A stretch of 64,000 nt of DNA from Pristiophorus japonicus (GCF_044704955.1 NC_091999.1:23870001-23934000), one strand, 5' to 3'; shown: positions 36,361-50,120, counted from the first letter of the stretch. Numbers and translations are program-made. The notes: generated by a model not told the origin, from the letters alone.

Positions 36361-38289
36361 CCCCATCAAGGGATAAATTATAAGGTTGCAAATAGAAGCT
36401 CAGAATTATGATGAAGGTCTTGAACTTATAATTGCTATGTAGGTAACACTTGCTTATGTAGGTACAGCGCAAATGTATAACGCATTGAACTGAATCCGTA
36501 ACCTCTGTAATACTTAAACAGCCGGTCAGCAGTATTTTTACGTCCCTGAGGAAGAGATAAATAAGCAAGTACAGCCACTCTAACCGTCGGATAGACTGGG
36601 GTAGAGGGAAAAATGGAACAAAACAATGATGAGAGATGGACTGTTGCATTTACCACTCAGAGCCCGTCGGATAAGAGTCGACAAATCAATGTAACTTCGC
36701 TGATATCAATAGACCTGTCGATGATTTTGCAGGAGGATAGCTCCTCTCCAAAACCTGTATAAGTTATGCTTGAAAACTCTTGTATTTCGGAGGTTCCAGG
36801 ACTGAACCTTCCCTTGCAATTGCTGGTAATAAAAGCCAGTTGATCGTGGGATTTCGTGTGTTCACATCCGTGGTCGTTATACAGTGGGAGAAAGGTGAGG
36901 TGTCGATGAACTATATCAGTTAGTCCACGTCGAAGAAAAGAAGCCTCCTTTTTAACCCCAACATTTGGCGTCATGAACCGGATGCAGACCTTCCGACCTG
37001 GATCACGTGACAGCTAAATGGGAGTGAGCATGTTTTTTACCACATGCAGCTGTAGCATTGACGGGGAAGGAGCTAATTTGTATAAAGAATTTGAAGGGGT
37101 CAGCTGCAGGACAACTTATAACGAACCACAGATGGTTGAAAACCAAGGGTGGGATAGGTGTATGCCTGAAAAAGAAGGAATGCAACCGCATGGGGAGTGG
37201 ACCCCAGCGATTGTTAGAGGAAATATAAGGCGTATGTCCTGAAGCATGACGTGGTAATCACACAGTGAAGCTGGTATTGATCGTGTGCGGTGCAAACAAG
37301 AAGGAATACAACCTAAACCGTGGGGTGGGACCCCAGGATCCTATGCCAGTGGGATAAAATGCTCGCTGAGATAAATGGAAAATTAATAAAAGAAAAGAAA
37401 AATGTTGGATATCAAATTGAATTTACAAAGGACAGTTTGTTTTTATCAAAAGATAGAAATTTGACTTTGAAAGCTGCAGAGAAACAAAGATGTTGAGCAA
37501 AATGGACTGGAGGAAGATCATCAAAATACTAAACCTAATTTCAAGAAACGAGATTTAAATTGGCTGTGAAAAGCATATTGGTTGAAATATAAAAACTTAT
37601 GAGTTAAACCCGACAAGGCTTTGTGCCGAGGAAGAGAAACAAAGATGTTTAACTATGGACTGGAGTAATGTCATCAAAAAATGATTAAGTTCAGATTCAA
37701 AAGGGGGGAAAGATCTAAGTTATGTGAACTCAGCACAGAAAGAAAAAACTGGGAATTACAGGATTCTTAAAAAGATGCACCGGCACCGAAGTTTAGATTT
37801 TGTGCCGAGTGAAAATAAAACACAAGATTTGCTCAGTGAACGGGACCATAAAAAAACAAAATGCTGGAATGTATATAGCTTGCGTGGAAATTGGATTTCT
37901 GTAAACAAAATAGCTATTAAAATGTGTGGTCTCGCTTTAAATCAATGAAAAACTCGTTGGCACGTATTTGAATTGGGTGTGTAGAGAAATTGGAGTTTAA
38001 TCTAAAATGCTGCCTTTCCCGCTGAGAAAGTTTTATTTTGACAACTTTACCAATAATTTCTGCTATTTTAACGGATTCCTAATTTCTTATCAAGTTTTGA
38101 AAGCACAAAGACTTGGGGTAATATTTTCAGATGGATACCCGAAGTCACGTAATGACGCCAAACCTTCTTACAAACCTGTAGTGGAGTTAACCCTTTCCAT
38201 TGAAAGATGTTTTATACTGGACATTATTAGTTTGGATTTCTTAATAAAAGAAAAAAGACTCACCTGACAGACAGAAGAAATGTGGGGAT

Positions 38290-39230
38290 ATTCAGAATGA
38301 AAACAAAACGAAGAAAGCCTATGTAATAATAATCACCTGCTACAGAGGACATTTAGATATTTAAACACATCAAATTCAAGAGTTAGAAGCTAAGATAAAT
38401 AAGCTGGCAGAGAAAAAGACAGGATCAGATAGATAGCGCAGAGCACAGCCATAGCACCATCACCTACGGTAATAGAGATAATGTACCCCAAGGTGGGTAA
38501 GTGCAGTCCACAACCCCAACCTAACAGTCAATCAGACAGGGATAATGAGTTTGGAGTAGAGGTGGCCCCGGCACATGATAATGGCTATTTATCAGTGGCA
38601 CGGATACGCACGACCACCATTCGCTCCAGCGGATGTAGAGCAGCCCACATTGCCATACAGGAGGTGCCCCTCAGCCCACAGGAGACAAATTCTATTGAAT
38701 AAGTTACCACCCGCTAAAGCAAAATAGTAGAGATACAGAACTCTGACAAAAGACTGGAGTAGAATACTGTGACTCAAAAGGCAGGGAAAAGGGTTGGGGA
38801 GTACGGGGAACGAAAGTGGATTGAATACAAAAACCACTCTGGGGCTGATGACCGCAACAGAAATGATGCAGCATTCTTGAAAATGTTTAAGGATGGACTA
38901 GGAAAGGCACATCAAAAGATAATTAAGTGAGTATTTAAGACAGGAGATGATTATGATAAAACTTTGGAATGGGCAGAACATGTAGAGTGGTTAAAGTTAG
39001 AACAAGGGATAAATGAGCAAAAATAGCAGCAACAGCGTTAGCAGCAGAGACGAAGGAGGAAGAGACACACTCCCGCGCAGCTCCACTGATATGTTTAAAC
39101 TGCAATCAGGAAGGTAACTTCAGTAGGGATTGCCTGCAGAAAAGCAGACGTTACAGCAATTCTAAAGGGACATGTCAAAATTGTGGTAAACTTGGACATT
39201 TGGCCAAAGATTGCTGGAGTTATGAGGAAG
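38290..39230 (+). pseudogene. gag: ERV-B gag remnant with two CCHC zinc knuckles
   Basis: CLNCNQEGNFSRDC (~39092) and CQNCGKLGHLAKDC (~39172); start approximate. Confidence 0.75.
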
Positions 39231-39649
39231 GCGCTGGATGGCGAGACCACAAACAGGCAAAGAAGGGAATACCATTAACCAGGGAAGATCTGATGGACAT
39301 GCTCAGACAGGTACCAGCACCACTGGTACCACTGCCACCACCGCCCCAACCCGAGAACACCCAATAACCAACTTAGATTTGCCCCTGACCCATAGGACCA
39401 TCAACATACAAGGAGAGAGTGGGGGATATCAGAAAGCAACCCGAAGTGAGATGGTGTTTTCGAAGTACAGGGTTAATGCTACCTGCTCAGTTTAGGTGCT
39501 GTCAGAATACAGAAGACAACATAAAGAAGGCATACAGAAGGCAGCGATACATTTCGGGAGAGAGGGGTACTGATAGTTCTTCAGCGTAATCGGATAATTT
39601 TGGGAGATAAGCACGAAACCGAATTAAGTTCGAAAACCCGGGACACCAG

Positions 39650-41935
39650 CAGCAACGAGTGGTAGGAACAAACATAATCCAACCCGAGTGGGAAACAAAG
39701 GGTGTATGGGGTAGCGTGTGCCAATTATACCCGACTCTGTGGGCACAATGCAAACAAGATTATGGATTAGCCGAGATATCACCCATCAAAATTCCTGGAC
39801 CCGAACACAAAGCTCACCGACAGTTCCAATTAACACCCGAAGCTGAGGTAGCGGTCTGTCAGATAGTGCATGAATTAGAGGAGCAAAGTATATTGAAACA
39901 TGTAATAGCCTCTATTAATTCACCTGTGTGGCTGATGAAGAAACCCGACAGGTCTTACCGATTGACTATCGATTATACCACGCTGAATAAGGTGACTTCC
40001 GGAGAACACCCAATAGTGGCAAGTCCAGCCACAATTTTTAATCGCCTGGATCCAGATCATAAGATATTCACCGTGCTGGATATAATGAATGGAACCTGGA
40101 CCATTCCCTTAGCCAAAGAGTCTCAAGGAAAATTTGTCTTCAAGGTAAATGGATAACAAAACACATGGGCGAAGGTACCACTGGGATTCAATAACAGCTG
40201 GAGCATACTTCATCGAATATTGTCAGGGATTTTGGAACCAGTAGACTTAGGAGAAAGAAGGAGCGAAGTAACATATCTGGGATACATAATATCGTAAGGG
40301 AAGAAACAGATGCCCGAGGACAGTAAGGAACAATTCAATCAATCCCCAGACCAGGAACCGTGAAAGGGGTCAGGCAGGTACTCGGGCTATTAAACTACTG
40401 CAGAAATGTTATTCCCGAATATGCCAAGGTGGCCTAACCTATACAGAAACAGGTCAAAGGATGGGACCCCTCCTAAGAGCCAGTAAACTTGGGCCTAGAT
40501 CAAGAAACTGCATGTGTGCGGTTAAAACAAACTCTCACAAGTCATCCAGCCCTGGGACTACCAGACCAGAATAGGCCCTTTCACGTCTATACCTACCATA
40601 TTAACCATCATTATAACGCGGTGATGATTCAATTACATGGAGACAGGCATAGACCGTGGCATATTACTCAGATAAACCGCAATCTGCAGCTGCAGGACTG
40701 TCCAGGTGCGTTGCTGCCCTCGACTGTGCGGCTTGGGCCATCAGAGTTAACGAACCAATAATAATGTCAGGATGCATTATTCTACAAACCCAGCGTACCT
40801 TAGTAGAATTACTTAAAACTGGAAGGCTAAAAATGTATTCGATGCACAAATGGCGAGGTGGTAAATAATGTTCTCCCCCCTCCTCTCCCGCCACCCCCCA
40901 CCACGCCCCCCGCCCCACTCAACAGGACGGTAACAATAATAAAAGACGCCTGCAGGGTGGATCATTACAGAGGGAGAGGAGCATCATTGTAGCACAACAG
41001 AAGATGAGGGAAGTAGTCAGGCAAGTGAAACCCTGCTTGAGGAGGCAGACATGGATCTACATGTAGATGAGTTTCGGCGCTATATCAATGGGACACCACA
41101 GACGGAATGGGTCGTGGTAGATAGCAGCGGTCAGGTCAAAGGGGAAGGACGGTTAGAAGACAATCTATCAGCTCAAGTGGTTGAATTTGTGGTTCTCACT
41201 GAGGCTCTGAGGCTTGCGAGGGCAAAATGAGTAAATATCTATACAGACTGTCGATATGCTATCGGAGTAGAGCATGATTATATGATAGCCTGGAGCAGAC
41301 GGTGATACACGACCTCAGGAGGAGGACCGATTAAACATGAGGAGATTGGGAAACATCTAGTGGAAGCCTCCTTCCTACCCCAGGAGTGTGCGATAATAAA
41401 GATCAAAGCACACGTAAAAAATAATGATCAGTATGAACAGGGGAATGCATGGACAGATGAAGCAGCAAAGCGAGTGGCAGGTACACTGGCCGGGGAAGCC
41501 CAAGGCAGAGCATGTACAATTGGGTCTGAGGAAGTAAATATGCTTGAGGTACAGGGAGAGGCCACTCCGCAGGAACAGGAGGAGTGGAAGCAGAGAGGGC
41601 CAAACAAGGGACCGACGGGATATGGAGAAAAGATGGGAATGTGGTGGCCCCGGAATGCATCCAGGGGAGCCTATTAAATTTATACCACGGGTATGTGCAT
41701 ACAGGTAGAACCAACATGATAAGCTCGATATCCAGATGCTGGTGATGGATTTAGAGAACGACACTAAGAAACAGAAGTTCCAAACACCCCAAATAGGCAG
41801 TCAAGAGATTACCCCAGAGAGGGTCGGGATCGCATCCAAATGGATCGGTCTCTATCAGGTAATCATGGTAAATTATGGTACTTATAAGGAGTATCGGCAA
41901 GTGGAAACACTGGATCCAGTTAAAAAAGCATGACA
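39650..41935 (+). pseudogene. pol: ERV-B pol remnant (RT with YxDD region deleted, tether, retroviral RNase H, mostly deleted integrase)
   Basis: LWAQ..NSPVWLMKKPDRSYRLTIDY..FTVLDIMNG; LGLPDQNRPF; SAQVVE..VNIYTD.RY..IKIKAH..GNAWTDEAAK. Confidence 0.85.
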
Positions 41936-41999
41936 CTAACTAACCAGTGACGACCGGAAAATATTGCTTTTTGCAGGACTCAAGAGCTCGTGGAAATAA

Positions 42000-43950
42000 C
42001 GTGGAGTAACGCAGCCTCATATCAGGGACAGCAGACTGAGGGATGGCAAGGCCTGTATTACAGGAACTTGGGCGACATTAGTTTAATAAAACATCAAAAA
42101 CACTGATGGTGACGGACGGAACAACAGTAGAGTTAAATAACGGGCATAAAACAACGTAACAAGGAAACGAAACAACATTGGGGATGTGTCAATAATACGG
42201 GACCATAATTAGTGGGAATAAGACCGCGGTGTGTTTTATAATCAGGAGGGTCAAACATACTGCACCCGGGGAAGTGGGTGCAGATTTCACTCAACATCTA
42301 TGAATGGTGGTGGAGGGATATCTCCAGAGATAGAACCACCAACACGGCCCCATCCACTAGTTTAGCAACAGTGAGCATTACCAGGACCTCGACCATCACA
42401 CGCCCAGCGCCACAAACGTGTCCAACTGTAAACACTGGGGCAAAAGAGAAATTGCTATGGCAGACCAAGGATAAGATACACGTCAGGGTACGTCAGCGAA
42501 TAATTACTGTATTCGTAAATTTAAACAATATAACTAACACCAACATCTGCAGGTTAAACAGTATAAGACTGTATAGAAACTTGACCCTGCGAGCACTTAA
42601 AGGCCCTCAATCAAAAGCCATGAAATTTATTGTCGAAAGAGGGTCAGGTAAAAAACGGGACAGGGGAAAATGAGGGATGCTAGAAATGGCACACGGTGGG
42701 ATACGTTGCGGGAGTTGGAACACTATAGGGCCAGACACGATAGATGATCGAGTTAACGCCCAAACACAAACCTTACAGGGATTGCTGGAAAGGGATGAGG
42801 ATCATGAAAAGTTACAGACACAACTGGGTAATGGCGCAGAAAGGGAATTATTAAAGTGGCCCACACATTGCGAGACCACGCCAGAACTAAAAATGAATAG
42901 AGCAGAAACGAACTTAAGTAAAACCATACAGACAGAACTATTATGTATAGGATATGGAGTATGGTTGCTGAATGGAATACAACATAACATTGAACAGCTT
43001 CAGAATAGAAAGGTGCCGGTTGGATAACACTTGATATATTTACCAACTGGACCTTAGAAAAAACATGACTCATGCCTGCGAGGTGCAGAGAAACAGTCAT
43101 GCTTGGGTTTCAAAGGCCTGCTGTGTAACCGCACATTAAATAGATTTTTTATTATCAAAAGGACAGTATGATGTGACAATGGTAGATACTCTACACCAAA
43201 CAATGTAGGAGTAAAAAGGAATCAAACTCGTGTGCGGTACGATGAAAAAACAGAAATTTAATTGAAGAGAACAACAGTACTAAGAGTCTCAGCATATGTA
43301 GATTGTTATAAAAATAACCAAGTTGCTTTATGTCGAGATCCACTACGAATGATCAAAGATGACTGTGGATATAATCAAGTGGACGGGTGCATCTTGAGTA
43401 TCACCCCCACTAACACAGGACTACAAAATTATCGCTGTTTCACGAGGTTATGGAGATTCATGTGTGAGCATCACGGCAACTGAAATGAAGAAAGGAACAC
43501 CTCATGCACCATTATGGATATTGACTTCTGCTTTACTCCACTTAACGAGACAGATATAAATGGGTTTATTATAACCCCTGAGCTAAAGGAGGAATGATCG
43601 ATGGGACAATGATGGACATTACCTGAGGAGGTTATGCGAAGGCCATCGGACAACAAGGAAAACCGATACTCGAATTGAAAGAGAAACAAACTGGACTGAA
43701 TTGGACACCATTCGACAACATAGAGGATACTCCAGGCAGGGCAAGAATTCGGTAGAATAGAGAAGACCCCAAGTGGAGGAAAAATAGAAGAAAGAGAGTA
43801 TACCCCAGGCGGGGCATAATTCGAACACCGAGAAAATATTGGCTAGAAAGGACTTATACACGAACTATGCTGGACTCATTGTACTGGTTGTAGTGCAATG
43901 GAACTCACCTTGCTAGTATTATCCTTTAAAAAGCTGTAACCGACGTAAGA
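42000..43950 (+). pseudogene. env: ERV-B env-like remnant
   Basis: Thr-rich N-glycosylated segment, furin-like RGK[R>stop]GMLE at 42662-42673, heptad-like stretch, Cys-rich region, hydrophobic end near 43870-43930; boundaries approximate. Confidence 0.65.
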
Positions 43951-44778
43951 GGCAGGCCCTAGTCCGTACTATGGATAAAACATTGAAGAAAGGGAAATCA
44001 GACTGTCCGGCAGAAAGGACATACATAGTATAACCTTGATGGGAAAACCAACAGATAGATCTAGGAGCTCGGGAAGTAGCACTACCCAAGTAAAAGGTCA
44101 CCCCTGGAAGCTCACCCATGTGGAATTAATTGCGAAATGACCTATCTTGGGCATATAGCCAAGGGCCATTTGGGGGTAATTGTAAGGGATAAATAGTAAG
44201 GTTCTAGATATGGGGTCAGCATTATGCTGAAGGTTGTGAACTTATCAATTACCTATGTATGTAACACTTGCTTATAAAGGGAAAACACGCTTATACGCAG
44301 TATATTATAGCTTAACCTTAGTAAGACTTAATCAGCCAAAATCAGCAGTTTTCTTTACAAGTCCCTGAGAAGAGATAAAGAAACCAGGACAACCATACGA
44401 GGCATCGGATATACTGGGGTAGAGGGCAAAATGGAACAAAACAAAGATGAGAGATGGGCAGTTGCATGTACCACTCAGAGCCCGTCTGATAAGAGTCAAC
44501 AAATCAATGTAACTTCGCTAATAGCAATAGAACTATCGATGATTTTGCAGGAGGTTAGCTCCTCTCCAACACCTGTATAAATTATGCTTGAAAACGCTTC
44601 TATTTCAGAGGTTCCAAGATTGAACCTTCCCGTGCATTGCTCGTAATAAAACCAATAAACCTGAGGTTTCGTTTGTTTACTTCCTTGGTCGTTATACAGT
44701 GGGAAGCTGGGCGAGATGTCATTTAACTACATCAGTTAGTCCACCTTAAAGGAGAGAAGCCTCCTTTTTACCCCAACA

Positions 44779-46870
44779 CCTCCCCTCCTCACCCCTCCCC
44801 TCTCCTCTCCTCTCTCCTCACATCTCTTCTATGCTCGTCTCCTCTCCTCTCCCCTGCCTTCTCCCCTCCTCTACTCTATTCTCCTCTCCTACCCTCGCCC
44901 CTACCCTCTCCTCTCCCCTGCCCAGCCCTCTCCGCTAATCCCCTCCCCTCTTCACTCCAATTACCTCTCCTCTCCTCTCATCACATCTACTCTCCATTCC
45001 TCTACTCTCCCCTGCTCTGCTTTCTTGTCACCTCTCCTCCCCTACACTCTCGTCCCCTCCCTGCTCATCTCTATCCTCCTCTCGCCGCTCGTCCCTCTTT
45101 TCCTCCCCTCTCCACAACTCTCCTCCTCTCGCCTCCCCTCTCCTCCACACTCCTCTCATCTCCTCTCTCCTCTGCTCACCTCCTTTTCCTTTCATCTTCT
45201 CTCCTCCTCTCCCCTCTCCTCCTCTATCCTCTCCACTCGGCTCATCCCTTCTCCCATCTGCTCCTCTCTCCTCTCCACTTCTCTCCTCAGCTGTTTTCCC
45301 GTTCTCTCCTCTCTCCTCTCCCATCTCCCCGCCTTTCCACAACTCTCCTCCCCTTTCAGCTGTTCTCTCAACTCTCTTATGTCCTCATTTTCTCCCCTCT
45401 CGCCTACATTCTCCATGCCTCTATTCCATTCTCCCCTCACCCCGACCCTCTTCTCCTCCCCTTTCCTCTCCTCCATTCTCCTCTCATCTCCTCTCATCTC
45501 CTCTCCTCTGCTCTCTCATCTCCAATCATCTCCTCTCCTCCCCTATCCTCTCCTCCCCCCTGTTTTCAAGTCGCTTCTATCACTACTCTCCTCTCCACTC
45601 CAATCATCTCTACTCCGCTGCCCTAAATTCTCCCCTCTTCTCCTCTCCCCTCTCCCCTGCGTCTCACCTCTTCTCCCCTTTCATTTTAACTCCTCTCCTC
45701 AACTTGTGTCCTCTGATGTTCTCCCCTCTCTTCTCCTTCCCGCTCCTCTCGTTCCCTCTGCTCTCCTGTACCCTCTCCACTCCTCTCTTCTCCACTCCTC
45801 TCCTTGCCCTCCTACCCTCTCCTTCCATCTGCTCTCCTTTCCTCTACCCTCTTTTCACCTCCTCCTCTCATTCATTGTCTTCTCTCTCCTCTCCTCTCCC
45901 CTAACTTCACCACCCCTCTTTTCCATTCACCTCTACTCACCTCTCCACTACCCACTCTTCTTTCCTCTCCTGCCCTCTTTTCTACTCTCCTCTCTTGTCC
46001 CATGTCGCATTCTCTCCTCTCCTCTAATCTACTACCCTCCTCTCTCCTTTTCTTCTTTTCTCTCCTCTCCTCTCATCTCCTCTACTCTCCTCTCCGTTGC
46101 TCGACTCTCAACAGTTCTTCTCCCCTCCATTCTCCTCCCCACTTCCCCTCTCTTCTCCCCTCTCCTCCCCTCCCTTCTCATCTCTTCTCGCCCCTGCTCT
46201 CCCCACTCTCTTCCTCCCTTCTCCTCTGATGGTCTCTCCTCTACTCTCCCGCCGCCCTTCCCCTCTCCTCTGCTCTACTCTCCTTCCCTCGCATCCTCTC
46301 TCCCCTCTCTACTTCACTCCATTCCACCCTTCTGCGTTCCGCTCCTCTCCTCCTCTCCCCTCTCATCTCTCTTCTCTCCCCTACCTTCTCCCCACCTCTA
46401 TTCCACTCTCCTCTCCTACCGTCTCCCCTACACTCTCATCTCCATTCCCCTCCTCTCCTCTCTTCCCCTCTCCTATCTTCTCCTCTGCCCTCTTTTCTCC
46501 TCACTTGTCCTCTCCTTATCTCTTATCAACTCTCCTCTCCATTCCTCTACTCATCTCTGCTCTGCTCTCCTCTCTACTTCTTCTCTCCTCTATCCTCTCC
46601 TCCACTAAACCCTCCTCCCCTTCCTGCTCATCTTCTCTCTTACCTCCTCCAACCTCTCCTCTCACCTCCTATCCTCTACTCTGCTCTGCTGTCTTCTCCA
46701 CTCCACTCATCTCCTCCCCTCACCTCTGCTCTCCTATTCCCCTCCTCTCCTCACCTCCACACTCATCTACTCTCGCCTACTCCCCTCCCGCCTCCTGTCC
46801 TCTCTCTTCTCCCCTCCTCACCTCTCTGCTCCTTTCATCGCCTTTCCTCACCTCCAGTCTCTCCATTCCA
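44779..46870 (+). repeat. ~2.1-kb polypyrimidine (CTCTC/CTCCT) low-complexity tract
   Basis: Almost exclusively C/T on the + strand. Confidence 0.95.
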
Positions 46871-46934
46871 TGCTCTGAGTAAAATAAACGATAGCATGGC
46901 GTGTGACTATCTGCATAGCATAGGTCGCCATGAA

Positions 46935-47470
46935 TCCTTACTGACCATTGTATTATCAGTACCCATGTACCCTTACTGACCACTGTATTATCAGTCCCCA
47001 TGTACCCTTACTGACCACTGTATTATCAGTCCCCATGTACCCTTACTGACCATTGTATTATCTGTCACCATGTATCCTAATTGACGACTGTATTATCTAT
47101 CCGCATGTACACTTAGTGACCACTGTATTATCAGTCCCATGTATCCTTACTCGCCATTATATTAACAGTCACCATGTACCCTTACTGACCATTGTATTAT
47201 CAGTGCTCAGGTAGCCTTACTGACCACTGTATTATCAGTCCCCATGTACCCTTACTGACCATTGTATTATCAGTCCTCATGTACCCTTACTGACCACTGT
47301 ATTATCAGTCCCCATGTATCCTTACTGACCATTGTATTATCAGTCCTCATGTATCTTTACTGACCATTGTGTGATCAGTCGTCATATATCTTTACTGACC
47401 ATTGTATTATCAGTGCCAATGTATCCTTACTTAGCACTGTACTGTCAGTCCCCATGTATGTTACTGACCT
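46935..47470. repeat. 35-bp minisatellite (~15 copies)
   Basis: Unit CCCCATGTACCCTTACTGACCACTGTATTATCAGT. Confidence 0.92.
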
Positions 47471-48108
47471 TCACTTAGAAATCTATCCTTCCATTTGTTT
47501 TATTTCACTTGTGTTACGCCGAGAAGTGAATTGAAAATCTGAAATTACAGAGTTATTTTATATCTCAGTAATAATAGAAACTCCATAAATGAAGCTGCTC
47601 CCTTCACATGCATGCTGTGATTCTGTGGACTTAACTATTTCTGCTTTTACCAATAGTGCTTGGTTTTGGATAAAGTTATTTGATCTGAAAGCCACGTTGC
47701 TTTTAAGATATTTTGCAATTGAAAGTGATGCAAAGAAAAGGTTCTGAAAACTTGTTTATTCAGTGACTGTGATTAATATCCTTCAGTGTGCAGTTTAATT
47801 GTCTCACTGGAGAGTTCACTCAGGCTATAAATCGGGATTTTTTTTCAGCCTGTATAGCAATGTTTGACTGAAGTTGTTGTCTAAAACGAACAGTTCTCAT
47901 TGGAGGTCACAGAAAGTCAAATCATGTTCTGGGAGATTCCAACTGAGCTTAGGATCGTGTGGGCACTTTTAAATGTGGAACGTATTTATTACCCGCTCCT
48001 CGCTGCTGTTGGTGTTCCTGGTGAGTCCTTCATCTGCAATTAATTATGTAACGCATGTTTCTCTGTATTTTCTGTCCTTGTCCTTTAGTTCTAGTTATTA
48101 ATTGTATT

Positions 48109-48440
48109 CAATTTAAACCTCTTGTTCTGTGTCTGGCAATGCAAAGAAGTTTCTGTCATGTAATGTTTGATCATTTGTTAATTTGCTGCTCCCAGTTCAA
48201 TGAACAGTATGTTGTTTTCACAATTTAAACCTGTTTTCTGTGTCAGGCAATGCACGCAAGTTTCTGTCATGTAATGTTTGATCATTTGCTGATTCGCTGC
48301 TCCCAGTTCAATGAACAGAATGTTGTTTTCACAATTTAAACCTCTTGTTCTGAGTCTGGCAATGCACAGAAGTTTCTGTCATGTAATGTTTGCTCATTTG
48401 CTGACTCACTGCTCCCAGTTCAATAAATAGTGTGTTGTTT
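48109..48440. repeat. ~111-bp triplicated unit in the GPCR intron
   Basis: CAATTTAAACCT..GGCAATGCA..AGTTTCTGTCATGTAATGTTTG..GCTCCCAGTTCAAT occurs three times. Confidence 0.85.
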
Positions 48441-49264
48441 CCGCAACTTGTTTCAGTGATAGCGGTTTACAGGATTTAACAGAAATTTGATTTTATTGAC
48501 ACAAGATATGTTAGTGAACGATTATATTATTGAACAGCTTGCAGTCAGCTTTCTGCACTGATGCCCAGTGTTGGATAATAAATAGGTGTTCAGCGGTAAC
48601 AAGTGTTTTAAGGACCGCTGGTTATTGTTAATGACACTGCTCTGTGGAAATCACCGTTGAGAGATCCTTCACAAATACACTGAGATATGAGACATTATCC
48701 ACGAATGATTCAGCTATAGACAGTTGTCGTAATTTCCACTGCCTCCCGCTCTGCCTCACAGTCACGAATTCCAGATGGTCAGGACAGGGTTAAAACTGCA
48801 ATACGTCTTCCAGTAAAATGTTTGTTCAGTTGTGTTTGAATTGATTTATTTCCCTTCTTCAGCCACAGTTCAGGAGAGCTCGGTGTTGGCCGCACGGTAG
48901 CAACTATTCAAAATGGAGCACTATATTGTGAAATATTTTGATATTTCCAGTCTCAAACTCTCTCTGTCAACTGGAAGTCTGTAACTTTCTCACACCAGGT
49001 GAAAGGAAGTTGGTTGACACAGTTCCAGTTGTAAACTTACACGTTCGAAAATCCTCTGTGACATCATACAACATGGGTTATCATTAGTCTATTGTAAAGC
49101 GACAGTCCCTTCTTGAAAGATTATTTGCAATATTCTTGGAAAGTCAGCTTAAGCCAGTTACAAAGTGTACTTTCAATACAATGGTTGGAAAGGTTCTGAT
49201 TTCGATACATAACGCAATTCAATTCACCTTCTTCAGCCTTCGACACAACCGCCATAATCTCGCC

Positions 49265-49490
49265 AAAGACTCCATTCCCCTCTCTGGCAACAAATTTCAT
49301 TCCCCACCTTGGCCACAGACTCCATTCCCCTCCCTGTACAGACTCCATTCCTTTTCTAGGCCACAGACTCCATTCCTCCCTTGGCCCACAACTCCATTCT
49401 CCTCCCTGGACACAGATTCCATTCCCCTCGCTGTCCCCAGACGACATTCCCATCCCTGGACAATGACTCTTTTCCCCTCAATGGACACAG
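49265..49490. repeat. ~28-bp degenerate tandem repeat
   Basis: Recurrent CACAGACTCCATTCC. Confidence 0.7.
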
Positions 49491-49796
49491 GTTATTGACA
49501 AACTCGCGGCTTCTTGTGCTGAATTATTGCTCACTCTGACTTGGATATGGCGTTATATATTAGTCTCATTCAGCGCTTTAACATCCCGGCAAAAGTCCAA
49601 CACATTAATTCTTTCAGTCATGACCCAGCAACCACACATCACATCCACCGCTTCACTCACTCCCTGTCACAACACCCAAACATCCCATCCACTGGTACAT
49701 TCAGTCCAGAGCCAACACCCACACGTTCCATCCATTGGTACATTCAGTCCTTGCCCCGACAGCCACACGTCCCATATATTGGTTCTTTCAATACCT

Positions 49797-50120
49797 GACC
49801 CAAACACCACACGACCCATCCGCTGGTGTAATCAGTCCTGACCCAAACACCACACGACCCATCCGCTGGTGTAATCAGTCCTGACCCAAACACCACACGA
49901 CCCATCCACTGGTGTAATCAGTCCTGACCCAAACACCACACGACCCATCCGCTGGTGTAATCAGTCCTGTCCCAATCACCACACGACCCATCCGCTGGTG
50001 TAATCAGTCCTGTCCCAAACACCACACGACCCATCCGCTGGTGTCATCAGTCCTGACCCAAACACCACACGTCCCATCCGCTGGTGTAATCAGTCCTGAC
50101 CCAAACACCACACGTCCCAT
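49797..50120. repeat. 43-bp minisatellite (~7.5 copies)
   Basis: Unit GACCCAAACACCACACGACCCATCCGCTGGTGTAATCAGTCCT. Confidence 0.92.

Larger units (their letters stand above)
36365..44778 (+). mobile_element. Endogenous retrovirus B (LTR-gag-pol-env-LTR), degenerate
   Basis: Related ~600-bp LTRs 36365-36963 and 44181-44778; PBS TGGCGTCATGAACCGGAT 36966-36983 (tRNA-Ser(CGA)-like); G-rich tract before the 3' LTR. Confidence 0.88.

Noticed and set aside
45025-46882. 527-aa and 261-aa Ser/Pro/Leu-rich ORFs
   Set aside because: Artefacts of the C/T-only tract, which lacks stop codons.
46935-50120. 35-bp and 43-bp repeats as possible CRISPR arrays
   Set aside because: Contiguous tandem units without unique spacers, in a vertebrate context, with no cas genes.
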